A stretch of 64,000 bases of DNA, from positions 9,920,001 to 9,984,000 of the forward strand of contig OZ286470.1 of the NCBI GenBank assembly GCA_965644265.1, written 5' to 3'. Positions 36,053 through 48,294 of this stretch are shown one piece after another. How positions within the stretch are numbered: the stretch's first letter is position 1; every line of letters starts with the position of its first letter. Source of the DNA: Glycera tridactyla (Eukaryota). Under the pieces are notes generated by a model that saw only the letters and a program-made list of their open reading frames with translations, did no database searches and was not told where the DNA came from. The translations under genes were made by a program, and so were the position numbers.

Positions 36053-37900
36053 ATAACGGTCAATAGACAATAGACAATAGAAACAAACTTTATTCAATTC
36101 TAGACTGGGTGGCCAAAATCTGACCATATTTCCCATTAAGAATACAAATATGATAACGTATATGCAGGAAGTGAAACAAACACAATACAAAGTGGCTGAC
36201 CATTCGCCCAACAAATTAATCAATCAACTCTGACATCAGCTTTCGTCCAACAAATTATTCGATCAGCTCAAAACATATCAGCTTGTAACGGAGTAGTAAT
36301 TGCCGTTCATCTCGAAGATAAAAAAATGTAGACCGATAAAAATTAACAAAGCCCCAAATTGTCCAAATACTTATTTGCCCTATCGGCACCATCTCCAAGC
36401 GTTAGTACAGTCTCAACCTAAAGATTATCAACTACCTCAGAAACCATAGTGCTGTACCTAGATGATAATTGGACAGCAGTTATGGCACACATCATGCGAC
36501 CAAATTTAATAGGACAATACTGATATCATGTAAGTTAGCACAGGTGAATTGATAGACAAGGCATAAAGGCACAAAAGGCTCGCATGCACGTCGCTTGTCG
36601 AAAGGGGATACATCTCTGTGTGTGTATGTGTGTGTGTGTGTGTGTGCCCCACCACCCCACCTTTCCCCCACTCACCCACCAATCTCCCCCACCCCAGGCC
36701 CAACCTCCCCCACCCTCAGACTCACCCCACCGATCCCCCCCACCCTTCCCCTCACACACACACCGACCCCCATATCTGCGGCCCTTCCCCACTCATCCCT
36801 GGCTCTTACCCCCCCCCTCACCCCCACCCATCCCTGGCTCTTACCCCCACCCCATCCTGGACCCACCCAACCAATCCCCACCAGCAACCCCCCCCCCCAC
36901 CCTGATCACCGATCCCCTACCCTCGCCCCACACCACCCCCTCCCCACACCCACCTTCCCCTACCCCTGCCCCCCCCCCCCCCACCCGGACAAACTTTTCT
37001 CCTCAACCCTGGCCCCACCCCCACCCATACATGTGTATGTATAAGAAAGCTCCCATGTTGTTATCCATTTACTGATGCATATGTATACCAAATTTCAAGA
37101 AAGTAGGTGCAATATTAGCCGAGTGAGGCTTCAAAGAAAAACTTTGACCAAAACCTTAACCTCAGACCTTCACGCCGACCAACTGGATGATTACAAAGAC
37201 TCGCATTTAGCTTCGCATGAAAAAAGAGTGACAGTACAAATCATCAGCTAATGTCACTTTCAGGCGGCAAAAAACACAAATGATAAACGAGAAGCTTACA
37301 ATTCAAAGCTTTTCAAGATGAGCTATTACGGGCACAATCAATGAACAATAATTATCTCTATCCTCTGTATGGTATCAATTTGCAGTGAGATGAAACAATG
37401 CGCACAAGTGCCAGTCCAAATATACAAGTAGATAAAGAATAGCTCTAAACACATCAGCTTGTATCAGAATAGTAGTTGCCGTTCGACTCGAGGATAAGTT
37501 AATGTAGACTAGTTGTCATCAACAAAACCCCAGATGGACCAGTTACTTGGTGGGGTATCCGGTTGAGGCTACTTAGTTGCCCTACCGGCACAATCTCCAG
37601 ATGTCAGTACCGCTAGAGTTAACATACAACTCAACCTAAAAACTGTCAAGTAGTTCAGTTACGAAAGCGCCTCGCTAGATCTAATAATAGTACTGATATA
37701 ATGTATGTTTCAATAAGCACTAGTAATTCAGCTGGAAAACGAGTGACAATACAAGTCATGAGTCAATGCCACTACGGGCAGCAAAAAACACAGATAAGAA
37801 AGAAGGAACATATAACATAAGCATCACAGATAAGAAACAAGAAACGTTAATTACAAGTATCTCAAGATAAGCTATTACGATCACAGACTAAGGCGGTAAT
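36053..37900 (-). mobile_element. 5'-truncated LINE 3'-UTR copy with (CTATTG)n tail and ~510-bp internal tandem units
   Basis: Minus-strand AATAAA plus tail at 36061-36095 is nearly identical to the tail region at 45352-45410. Internal units recur at 37228 and 37741. Confidence 0.5.
36551..37222. mobile_element. HINE-like non-autonomous insertion with (TG)n and C-rich core
   Basis: Interrupts one ~510-bp unit, whose sister copy is uninterrupted. Contains ATACCAAATTTCAAG motif, sub-terminal AG(G/A)CTCGCAT repeats and a low-complexity C-rich interior. Confidence 0.45.
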
Positions 37901-38074
37901 GCAACCTTGGGGAACATTTGTCATGCTGAGAAGCATCAAAGTATTGTGCTGACAATCACATCATACCTTCGCAGGGATCAGAACCGTTGTTTTCGGATCA
38001 GTTCAGGCAACTGACCGGGCAAATATCCGGGGAGTTCTGATATGACAGATGCTGGCTGGCTGGATGTATGTATG

Positions 38075-39430
38075 CATAACATAACATAACATAGCATAAT
38101 TTGATTAACGAGTCATAGGTCATTTACAAATATACGAGTGTTATATATGTGTGTTAGTTTGACCCCGACCCCTGACGGGCCTACAAGACTCGACAACCTA
38201 CATTTGAAATCAGTTGCATATGGTTTTAGTAATAGTTAGTTGGTATGTTTAGTGAGATATATACTTTGGTCATTCCCATTATAGAGTGCTGATTGCATGT
38301 TAGGTTGGATCTGACCAGTGTGAGGGGTTTGTCAAAATCTTTGATTTTGTATATACATTCGTAGTTTTGGCTTCCTACTGATCTCATCCACCTGTCCTTT
38401 CTGGCCTTGGAGTACAAACAGGTATATATGTTATCCAGGCATACTTGTGAGTCTGGTTCATATATCATGTCCAGCTCTTGGTGTATTGACAAAACATCGG
38501 AGAGCCAACCTTTACACTGTTGTGATCGATCCCATTGGTGAATTTTTTTTGGTATTCTGTGACCTTTCATAGCACTCAATCTATTGTGGTATGGGAGAAT
38601 GTTTACCCATCTATGGAATGCCATTAGGATGGCATCCATTTCTGTATGTGTGGCTGCTAATGGGGCAAATCGGTGAAGTCCTAGGTAAAATCTGATAATT
38701 CTGTTGTGCAATACCTGGGGTCCTGGGTAGTCTCTGTACCCCCACACTGCAGCGCCGTGGTTGGCCACCAGGAGGATGTAGGTATCGAATAGGGTATTGT
38801 ATGTACTAAATCTCATATCCTTTAGTGATGTGAACTTATTAACATTTCTCCCAAATGACCTACCCGTCGCTGCAGTGAGGGAGTTCACTGTTTTCTTATA
38901 ATTTAGAAACTCATTCACCCAGCACCCCAGGTATTTATAATTGTTGACAAACATTAATTCGTTCTCACCAAGGGTGAAGTTAACATTTCTTCTTGGTCAT
39001 TGTTTGTTTCTCACATGCACCACCTGGCTAGTTTTACATTGATACTCATGCACCAGGTGGTGCACCAGGAATTCAGGATATTCATCATACATTGCAAGTT
39101 GGATGGCGAACCACTCAGCAGGACAATATCATCAGTGTATACTAGAATACTCAATTGGTCATCTCCAATCTTCACACCTCAGTCGGCTCGGATAAACTCT
39201 TTTGCTAGGTTGTTAATAAAACATTGCAAAGAGCGTGGGGGAGAGAGAGTCCCCTTGTCTCACTCCTGCCAGTACCAAAAACCAATCCGTGAAAATTCCA
39301 TTTAGTCTGACACAACTGCCTATAAATGGCTCTGACCGCATTGTAGATGCTGCCTTCGATTCCGTTTTCTGAAAAATTATGGAACAGGAGCTCGTGGTTC
39401 ACATAGTCGAAGGCCTTCTGCATGTATGTA
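38075..39430 (-). pseudogene. 5'-truncated non-LTR retrotransposon (RT C-terminal half; possibly RTEX/RTE-group rather than CR1)
   Basis: QKAFDYVNHELL, LVYTDDIVLL, YKYLG, GRSFGR, AAVWGY, RFYLGLHRFAPLAA; (TTATG)n tail at ~38075-38098. Confidence 0.75.
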
Positions 39431-39820
39431 TGTAGGTAGGTAGGTAAGTAGGTAGGGAGGTATAAATGTGGGTAGGTAGGTAGGTAGGTTGTCTTTCGTG
39501 TGGATAGGTGGGTGGGTTGATAGGTCAGTGAGTGGGTGAATGGGTGAGTTGGGTGGTTGAATAGGTTGGTGGGTGGGTGGGAAGGTAGATGGGTAGGTGG
39601 CTGAGTGAGATTCTGGTAGGTAGAAAGTTTGGTAGATATATATGTAGGTAGGTGGTTGGCTAGGTGGATGGGTTGGTGGACAGATATATGGATGGATGGG
39701 CAGTTATGGAGGTGGGTGTGTGGGTTGGTAGGTGGGTGGGTGAATGGGTAGGTAGGCGGGTAGTTTGGTAGGTAGGAGGGTATGTGGGAGGGTGGATAGG
39801 TAGGTGGGTATATATATATC
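39420..39820. repeat. (GGTA/GGGT)n low-complexity microsatellite
   Basis: Visible tetranucleotide repeat tract. Confidence 0.85.
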
Positions 39821-40999
39821 AGTGTATTAGAGGTCAAGGTCATACCTCCAGGGTCAATGGGTCAGAGTGACACAGTAATCATGATACTGTTTCAGCCACT
39901 CTCCCATCAGAACAGCAGACTGGGATAATTACTCTCCCTAGAATCAATTCACTCTTCCGAATTGGTAAGAGGAAAACCATACATCAGATGGCCCTACTTG
40001 CATTTATCAGCATTTGCCTGGCTTCGCAATTCATATGTCCACCAGTTAGAGTTTTCTCAGGGCATCTCAGCCAAACACCTGGCATGACTAATTACGCAAA
40101 ACTAGGTCACTTTAACATTGCAGTCTTCCACTCATGTATCTTACCCATGAGGAGATTTTCTTGATTCTTCCCATGAATATCCTTCCCAAAATATAATGAT
40201 GGCAGAACATGAGTTATCTTTGTCCTAAAGCTGTGTGATATAACATTGTCTTATGCATGCAATTGATGGTATAAACATCATCTGTTTTCTCTCTTTTTTT
40301 CTTCTTCGTGTATTTGTCTATACATCGTTAAGAGTGCTTATGTGATACAATCTTTCTCTCCCACACATTTGCGGGGACCAAGCAAAAGAAGTTTCCCACC
40401 CATGTTCATTGCATGGACGTCACAATATAGCATTATTGAGCATCACATGAGTCACCGAAGAGAAAATGATGTATATCACATGTGATGCACATGTATTAGA
40501 GATGACTGGCCATATCCCGTGTAACACATGGATGTATTCTCTCCCTTTGCTCCTTTGAAGCATTCAAACAGAAAATCGTCAATGCAAATTTAAATTGTCA
40601 GTCGCATCTGTACTGGAAACCTTCTATCCTTCCTATGGGGGCCACTTGTGCTGATTGTTTGTTTGTCTGTTTGAATAAAACGTCACTTAAACCCGCTTGG
40701 GTTATATCGTACTGGAAAGAATGAAAATGCTATGGAAAAGAGTCACTGCAGTTGGCATGCACTGGGTTAGCATGCACATGATTCATATTTCTCTAAATAT
40801 TCCCAACTCATGCAAATGATCAAATATGTCTGTTGGATCGACTTTCATGAAAAGTTGTGTGAGGGGTGCTCTAGTCAGGTTTGGCTGTACACAATTTGTG
40901 ATTCTTACATTTAACTCAGATGACCTTTTTGAATGCAATATTTCTGGTGAAATGCTGCTTGTTGAATTGTCCTGGAATTGTTGTTTTACACAATTTTGA

Positions 41000-41180
41000 T
41001 AGAACCTCGATGCACAGACCACCTTTGGTCACATCAAAAACGGTCTTCATTGGTAGGTGGCCTTCATCGGGAGGTCATTTACTGTTGAAAATACTACCAT
41101 GCCAGTGTCACAGCTCAGGGTGGTCTCCATAGGGCGGTGTTCTTTATGGAGAGGTAATCTTTAGAGGAGGTTCGACTGTA
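41000..41180. mobile_element. Degenerate MITE
   Basis: Right end GAGGTTCGACTGTA is the reverse complement of TACAGTCGAACCTC; left remnant TAGAACCTC; GACC/GGTC-rich interior. Confidence 0.4.
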
Positions 41181-43049
41181 TATGCCAGCCTCTCAAATGC
41201 TTGCCCTTGTGACTTATTGATTGTCATGGAATATGCCAACAACAATTTGATGTTTCAATTATCTACAAACTGAGTGAAATTACAGTCAACGAATCAGGTC
41301 ACGCATGCTCACACCCACCCAAGCACACACACACACACTCACAGATGATGGGGATAAGGATGCAGCTATATATACCCCTTCTCTTCACTGTCATTTGTTA
41401 GGGTGGGTGGATGGGTGTAGACACGCTGATGCTGGTAGTCAGCTTATAGTCTGCCACACCCCTCTCAGCTACTGATGGTGCTGTGCCTACACCCGGCCAT
41501 TCAGTCAACCACAGCCACTCACTCACCCAAACTGGACTGTGCTTCACTGAGCCGAACAGGGCTCCATATGAAATATAGGAGCCGAGAGCGGCTTCCTCGA
41601 TTCTCAACAGTCAGTGGCTGATACGGACACGTGTGTTTGATGAGCCATGATTAAAAATGTCAGGGGAAGCCCAAATAAACTTCATGGGGAAGTGACAACT
41701 GAATTACCATGTGTATCAAACATTAATATAACCTTACCATGAACATATGGCACACCCCGGAAATAACACTAAATAATCATGTTCGAAATTGGGGAATTGG
41801 AAACAGAGCAGCATTTATTTATTCAATCATGACTGATCCTGTCAGGTCAGGAGATATAATCTCACACAATCAGCACCCCACTGTGGTGGTTTGTTGGTCC
41901 AGCGCAGATAGCCCAGAGAGCAGCACCCGGACGATCCCGGACGCTGACCAAGGCCGCTACCGACTACTTTTGTAGTTATGTAGTGCAGAGATTGAGCCTG
42001 CTTGTCCAGCTTAGTGCTTCAGATGCCCTCCCCCATCTAATTACCCTCATTCTGACCTACACGGCCACAGCTGGTTCCTGTTATTGATGCAAACATGTGC
42101 ATCAGAGGGAACAACACTGACAGTGACTCCAGGAGTAGACACAAGGCCCATCTCAAATAAAGCTGAGTTCACTGGCTAGGAGAATGGAGATAGTGGGCAC
42201 CACCATGATGTAGAATCTATGCAGATGACAGAGAGCTAGACAAGATTTCATGAAAAGTCATGGTCTCATGGGAACTATTTTATCACCAACCAGGATTACT
42301 CCTACCTCTGCCAGTCTCATTGACCATATTCTTACTGATAGACCAGAATATGATTCATTTAAAGGTACTCTCGATCCAACCCTAAGTGACCATAAACTCA
42401 TATATACCACCCGCCACAGACGCAAGCTGCCAAAAATCACCTCCTTTCATAAAGTCAGATCTTTTTGCAAGCTTACCACCAAACTACTAGCTGCCTCCTA
42501 ATTCCAGGAGACGATCACCAAGGTGCTTGACAATCTAGGCCCCATAAAATCCATGCCTATACGAAATGAGAGCCAACCCTGGATTGACTCTGACTATATC
42601 AGTCTTATTGATCAGAATATCACAGTAAAAAATACTCAGATAGTCAATCGATCCTGAACTTCAAACTCAAACGCGAAGCTCTCCAACTCAAGTCACATCT
42701 TAAACATGCAATCAAAAAATCTACTCTCCAAACATTAAGATGACCCCAAAAAACTATGGAAATAAATTAGAAATATCTGGCCTTTAGCTCAAAAGGCCAC
42801 CATCACTCCTTTCTTGACAAACGCACTTCTGATATCTCCCTTTTAGACCAAGCCAACTCATATTTTGCAAATATCGGTGAAAATCTTTCTGACGAATTCA
42901 ATAATATTTCTCATCCCGATGATCTCCCGCTTCCAGATGAAGCTAAAAAGATTTTCAGATTCAAATACATATCAATTGCTGATGTTGGAGAAAGTATCAA
43001 GAGTCTGAGTTCTTCTGGGGTACTGGCCCTGTTGGTCTATCCTCTTTTA

Positions 43050-43567
43050 CTTGCATTACTTACACTGGGAACATCCACCTCAAGCATCACCTCCTACTAT
43101 AGTACATACATCTCTGCATACACAGATGGCACACCAGAACCTACCACGGAAAGTGAAATTACTCACTTTGTTACTACCATATGGTGTACTTTTGTATCAC
43201 TTGCATGAATTGCAATAACTGCGCTACCTGTGTAAATACTAGCAGTAATTGCCACAATGCGATCTGAGCATGCCAGCTGTGATCATGTATCACTTGTATT
43301 ATTTGTATTAATTATGTTATATGTGTGAATATTAATATTAATCGCTATTGTATGCTCCGATCTTGCCAACTGTACTTATGTGTTACTTGTATCATTTGTG
43401 TCACCTGCATTAACCTTGCTACCTTTGTAAATAATTGACTTAATTGTTACTGTGCATTCTGAACATGCCAGCTGAAGTTATGTTTGCATAAGCATATTAT
43501 ACGACCCTAGTGGTGCATATGTAATCTTGTTGAACTTATGCATTAAAATATTTCTTATCTTATGTTA
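43050..43567 (+). mobile_element. 518-bp 5'-truncated retroposon (3'-UTR only) with 7-bp TSD
   Basis: TCTTTTA at 43043-49 and 43568-74. Removal restores GLSSFIVKM in frame. Ends in a hairpin, ATTAAA and a (TCTTA)-like tail. Confidence 0.75.
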
Positions 43568-45345
43568 TCTTTTATTGTCAAAATGTTCTGTCATGATGTA
43601 TTGTCTATCCTAATTGCCATACTCAACCTGACCATTGACAAATGTATATTTCCCTCAATCTGGAAAAATGCTATTGTTACTCTTATCCATAAAGGAGGTC
43701 CTACATCTGGTTTCGACAATTTTAGCCCGATCTCAATTCTACCTGTTCTCGGCAACGTTTTTGAGTGAATCATTCACTACAAAGCTATGATTTCATCTCA
43801 TCTCATGACATACTTCATCATAGGGAATTCGGGTTCAGGAGGGGTCACTCCACGGGGTCATGTCTCACTGGGCTCCTTGATAAGATTTATCTGGGAGCCC
43901 AGGGGGACTGCCTCACTGGGGTCCTCTTTCTAAACCATAGGAAGGCCTTTGATACGGTATGTCATGATCTCCTCTTAATCAAGCTTCCCCATTATGGCTT
44001 CCATGGAAATTGTAACTCCTGATTTCACTCTTACCTTAGCAATAGAAAACAAGCAGTGAAAATAGATAACCAAGTTTCATCCTTTGCTGATATAAACTAC
44101 GGATTTCCCCAAGGATCAATCCTAGGACCTCTTTTATTCATTATGTATACCGACAATTTGTATGTCAATATTAAATCCTGTGATAATTTCCTATATGCGG
44201 ACAACACTACCTTGTGCTACACAGGCCGTGACATCCGAGATATTGAATCCTGCCTCAGTGAAGATCTTGTCACCATCGCAGACAGGTTCAACAAAGCAAA
44301 ATTTATCTTAAACACCTACAAATCTTGTTCTATGTTGTTTGGCACCAGTTGTCGTATCCAGCAATCTACATCTCCAAATCTTTCCTATGCCAATTCACAA
44401 ATTTTGAATGTCAAAACATATAAATACTTAGGTGTCACTCTTGACCCAACTCTATATTTTTCTGAGCACATGAACAAAATTATTGATAAAGTTAAATTAC
44501 CACGATGTGCCCTCTTCTTCCTACGGCCTTCTATCGATCAAAACATGGCCATATATCTGCATAACTCTCTAATCAAACCTGTATTTGCATATTGTGACTT
44601 TATCTATGACGGATGCAATGTCTCTGACTGCTCTAATTTACAAGTTGCTCAAAATAGATGCATGAGTACCATCAAGATGAGTGGTTGGAGCAATTCTGCC
44701 ACCCAGTTACGTCAACAGCTCAAAATGGTGAAATTAGTCACCCTGAGATCTCTTTCTACTGCCAATGAACTACACAAAGCATTTCATGGACTCTCTCCCC
44801 GGACTTTTCAAATTTATTCTACATTTGAAATTCACCCCTTACCATTCAAACTCGCTCAGCTTGTAATGGCCATTTTCTTCTAGAAAGCCCCTTTAATCGC
44901 CTGTCCTTCTCTGACCAAAATATCCAACATAGAGGAGCATGCCTATGGAACTCCCTCCCCAACAAAATTCTGAATTCGCCCCGTCTGTCCACCTTCAGAA
45001 TTGAAACTGCTGAATTTTTTGGAATATCATTGAAACCACAATTTTCGATTTACTCATGCATCTCAAATTATTTCAATGCACTGACATATCATGTATCTAG
45101 CCGAATGATTCTCTTATTTGTGCACTCATTGTCTTCTTGTCGATGACTTCTATATATATATATATGCATGTATGTGAAAAAACTGTAGTACCATGCGAAC
45201 TCCTATACTTTCACCTCTACCTTCCCTCACATCCTTGCTGACTCTCCCCTATCTAATTCTTCCTTTCCACCTGTATTTGCTCATCCTCCATTTCACCCCA
45301 CGCAGTTCATCTTCTCATTTGCCACCCACTCCTCACCCCACCTAT

Positions 45346-47693
45346 ATAGACAATAGACAATAGACAATAAAAAAAACTTTATTTAATTTTAGACAGGGTG
45401 GCCTTACAAAGATAAACGACCTTTAAGAATACAAGTATAACCCAACATATATACACACAAAACAACACAAGCGGAACAGCTGACCCTACGTTACAACTAT
45501 ATAAGATAATCGTGGTTTACAGTCCATACCAGGATCCAAAATCCTATCCTTCCTGTGACGAGTACACATATAAGATTTCCGAGGTAATCATTGACCAACA
45601 AAATGAGATCATGACATACTGGGCGGTAGAGATAATTCACATATACAAACTTCACCATATCGAATAATATCCGTGGCGATGAATGAATCATATAATTCTG
45701 TCACAAAATTTCAGCGATCACAATAAATGTAAACTTTGAGCAGCTTCCGAGAAATAAAATATTTGAGTCAAGGATCTAGAATCTAGAAACTATAGTCCAG
45801 AGTCCAGAGTCTGGGGTCATCTGACAACACCATATGGCTTGTCAAATGACGATGCACAAGTTCCACTGATCAATTAAGTGAAAGATTGAGTAAATGACTG
45901 CTGTATCATATGACATTATGCCCGCAGTAAGAGTCAGAAGCCAGACGTCGATACCAAAATTAAAGACACCGATGATGCAAGGAACATATAAGATATCTTA
46001 GTCTAGGTTCACCTGACAACACCAAATGGCGTGTCACGTGGCGATGATCAATTCCCTCGAGTAAATGAGTGAATAAATGAGTGAGTGGCCGATGTCATAT
46101 ATAAAATACATTATCACCAGGTAAGTCTAAATCCAGATATGCAGCATTATCAAGAAAATCAGTGACATGGTAATACAAGGAAATTGGAGTCATGGAACCA
46201 AATGTGCCTGACTTATATTCGAATCACAAGAGTAGGCAATTAATGAGTGACCACAGAGGGCATGATGCCTAAGCACATGGTACACAGTTACGAGTTGGAC
46301 TGTCTCGAGAAGTATAGCCGATATTGCTTTCAAAAGTCATGAGTGGCGACCTCTAGAGCAGGATATAAGCAAAAGGATAGCCCGCAGCGCCATCTGTGGA
46401 AGCGAAGCCCTTTTCACACTCATGATGGGTAGTAAAAGGAATTATCTCTCATAGAACCTCTTTAGATTAGACTTAAAACTGGCAATTGAGCCGGCAGTCT
46501 GTATTCTAATGGGAGCTGGTTCCACATGGCACCACATGCAATGAAGAAGTTACTATCAACACTCCTCAATTTGGTCTTTGGGATCCTTAAAAGCTCAGCA
46601 CTATTAGATCTAGTGATGCGAGATGTTCTCATCTGGTAAATGAGAGTACTTAAACCTACTTAGTTCCGTGAGGCGCTTAGAGCAATTACCACTTGATATC
46701 TTATAAAGTTCGCAGAGTCCATGTATTTCCCTTCGTTTTGCGATATCAGTGAGGCTGCTTTCATCTAATAATTTGGCTGACGATGTGCGCATGTCTTCAC
46801 ATAGGACAGCCCGCAAGCAATTATTGTGAGAGACCTTGAGCTTAGTTTTCTGCTGATCACTGAGGCCCAGTAGTAGGATATCCGCGTAATCAAAGAGAGG
46901 CGTGATCAATGCTTGTGCCAGATGTTTAGCGAGCTTTGTGTCAATGTGGCTATGGACACGCCACAGAAGGCCAGTGCGATATTTAACTTTTTTAACGACA
47001 CTGTCAACATGATTCGAGAATGATATTTGGGATCAAGTTTAACCCATAGATATTTAAAACAAGATAATCTCTCGGACCCCAGGACATGATTGATATCAGA
47101 AGTCATACTAGCAAGCTTCTGTCGAATGCCAAACTGCATGTATTTAGACCTGTCCCGGTCCAGAGTAAGCCGATTGCATGAAAACCAGCGATCAAGTGCA
47201 AGAATATCTGGCTCCAATCTAGCAACAATTTCCTCTTCACATGTGCCTGTTGCAAGGATAGCGGTATCATCCGCATACATGTAGACTCGAGAATATTTGA
47301 CCAAATCCAGCATATCATTAATATATAAAACAAAAAGGAGGGGTCCAAGAATGGACCCCTGAGGCACTCCGATGTCCACAAGTCTAGAGTTAGAAGACTC
47401 AGAGCCAAACTTGGTGCACTGGCGACGTCCATACAGATAAGACTCAAACCATGAAACAGCAGAGTTTCTAAAACCAAGTAATTTTAGTTTCTTAAGAAGA
47501 AGATTGTGATCCACAGTATCGAAGGCCTTAGTCAGGTCCAGGAAGACCACACCACAGGCAAGCCCTTTATCCATGTTGTCATAAACGGTATTACAAAAAT
47601 CAATCAAACAGCCAACAGTGGAGTGGTTCTTTCTAAAACCCGACTGGGCCTCCGATAACAATTCATACTTAGCTAGGTAGGCACCTATTGCCT
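45346..47693 (-). mobile_element. 5'-truncated CR1/L2-group LINE (RT + C-terminus + ~1.1-kb 3' UTR)
   Basis: LSEAQSGFRKNHST, FLDLTKAFDTVDH, GVPQGSILGPLLF, YADD (46906-47661); PLFDYADIL (46610-46909); AATAAA plus (CTATTG)n tail at ~45350-45385. Confidence 0.85.
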
Positions 47694-48294
47694 TTCATCA
47701 CTCACCAACTTGAACTCTCACCCCCACTCTTTCAACTCATACCTCTCACACCCTCTATTCACTCCCAACTTCATCTTGTTCGTTGCTTTCAATGTTCTCA
47801 ATTGTTCAATATTCCTGCCAGTGATCTCTTCTTGAAAATTTTATATGAAAACATCAGCATGTAACTTGACCCTCGTCGTCTCATGTCTCTTGTTTGATAA
47901 AGCATATCTTATCTTATCTCATCTCATCTAAATATGGGGGTAATGGCTGCCAGTAGGTGCAAAAATTGGCACAAAGTTAATAAAATCTCAGCTTACAGAG
48001 CGCTTGCAGCAACCAAAAAAGTTTTTTTCCGTAGAAAGAAGAGTTTTGCTCAGAAAAAGACCAAGCAGGACCAAATCAGTTCGGCATGAGTGGAGATTCT
48101 GGCGCCACAACATTTTGGGGATCCGGTATCATATTATAGATTGTGTACCACCAATGGGTTACTTTCAAGTCCTACCTATCCCAACAACATTTGTGTTCAA
48201 TTTTATCAGATATGGATTGTTTTGGGTTTGCCTGGAATCACCATGCATGAATGTGAATTATAAATGTGTTATTTTTTCTGTTATATAGGTCAAA

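Larger units (their letters stand above)
42250..47930 (+). mobile_element. Decayed CR1/L2-group LINE related to the 9-kb element, carrying two nested insertions
   Basis: SPTR..IDHIL..SDHKLIY (APE), IFPSIWKNAIVTLIHKGG, FGFRRGHSTGSCL, PQGSILGP, YADN, YKYLG. The C-rich 3' UTR resumes at ~47694 and ends in GATAAA plus an (ATCTT)n tail. The 5' end is uncertain. Confidence 0.75.

Noticed and set aside
36506-37075. Pro/His-rich and Gly-rich ORFs (163, 149, 95 aa etc.)
   Set aside because: Artefacts of (TG)n and C-rich low-complexity DNA; open in several frames.
39205-39843. 212-aa PTYL/PTHP ORF
   Set aside because: Mostly translation of the (TACC)n microsatellite; only the last ~45 aa (QKAFDYVNH...) are real RT.
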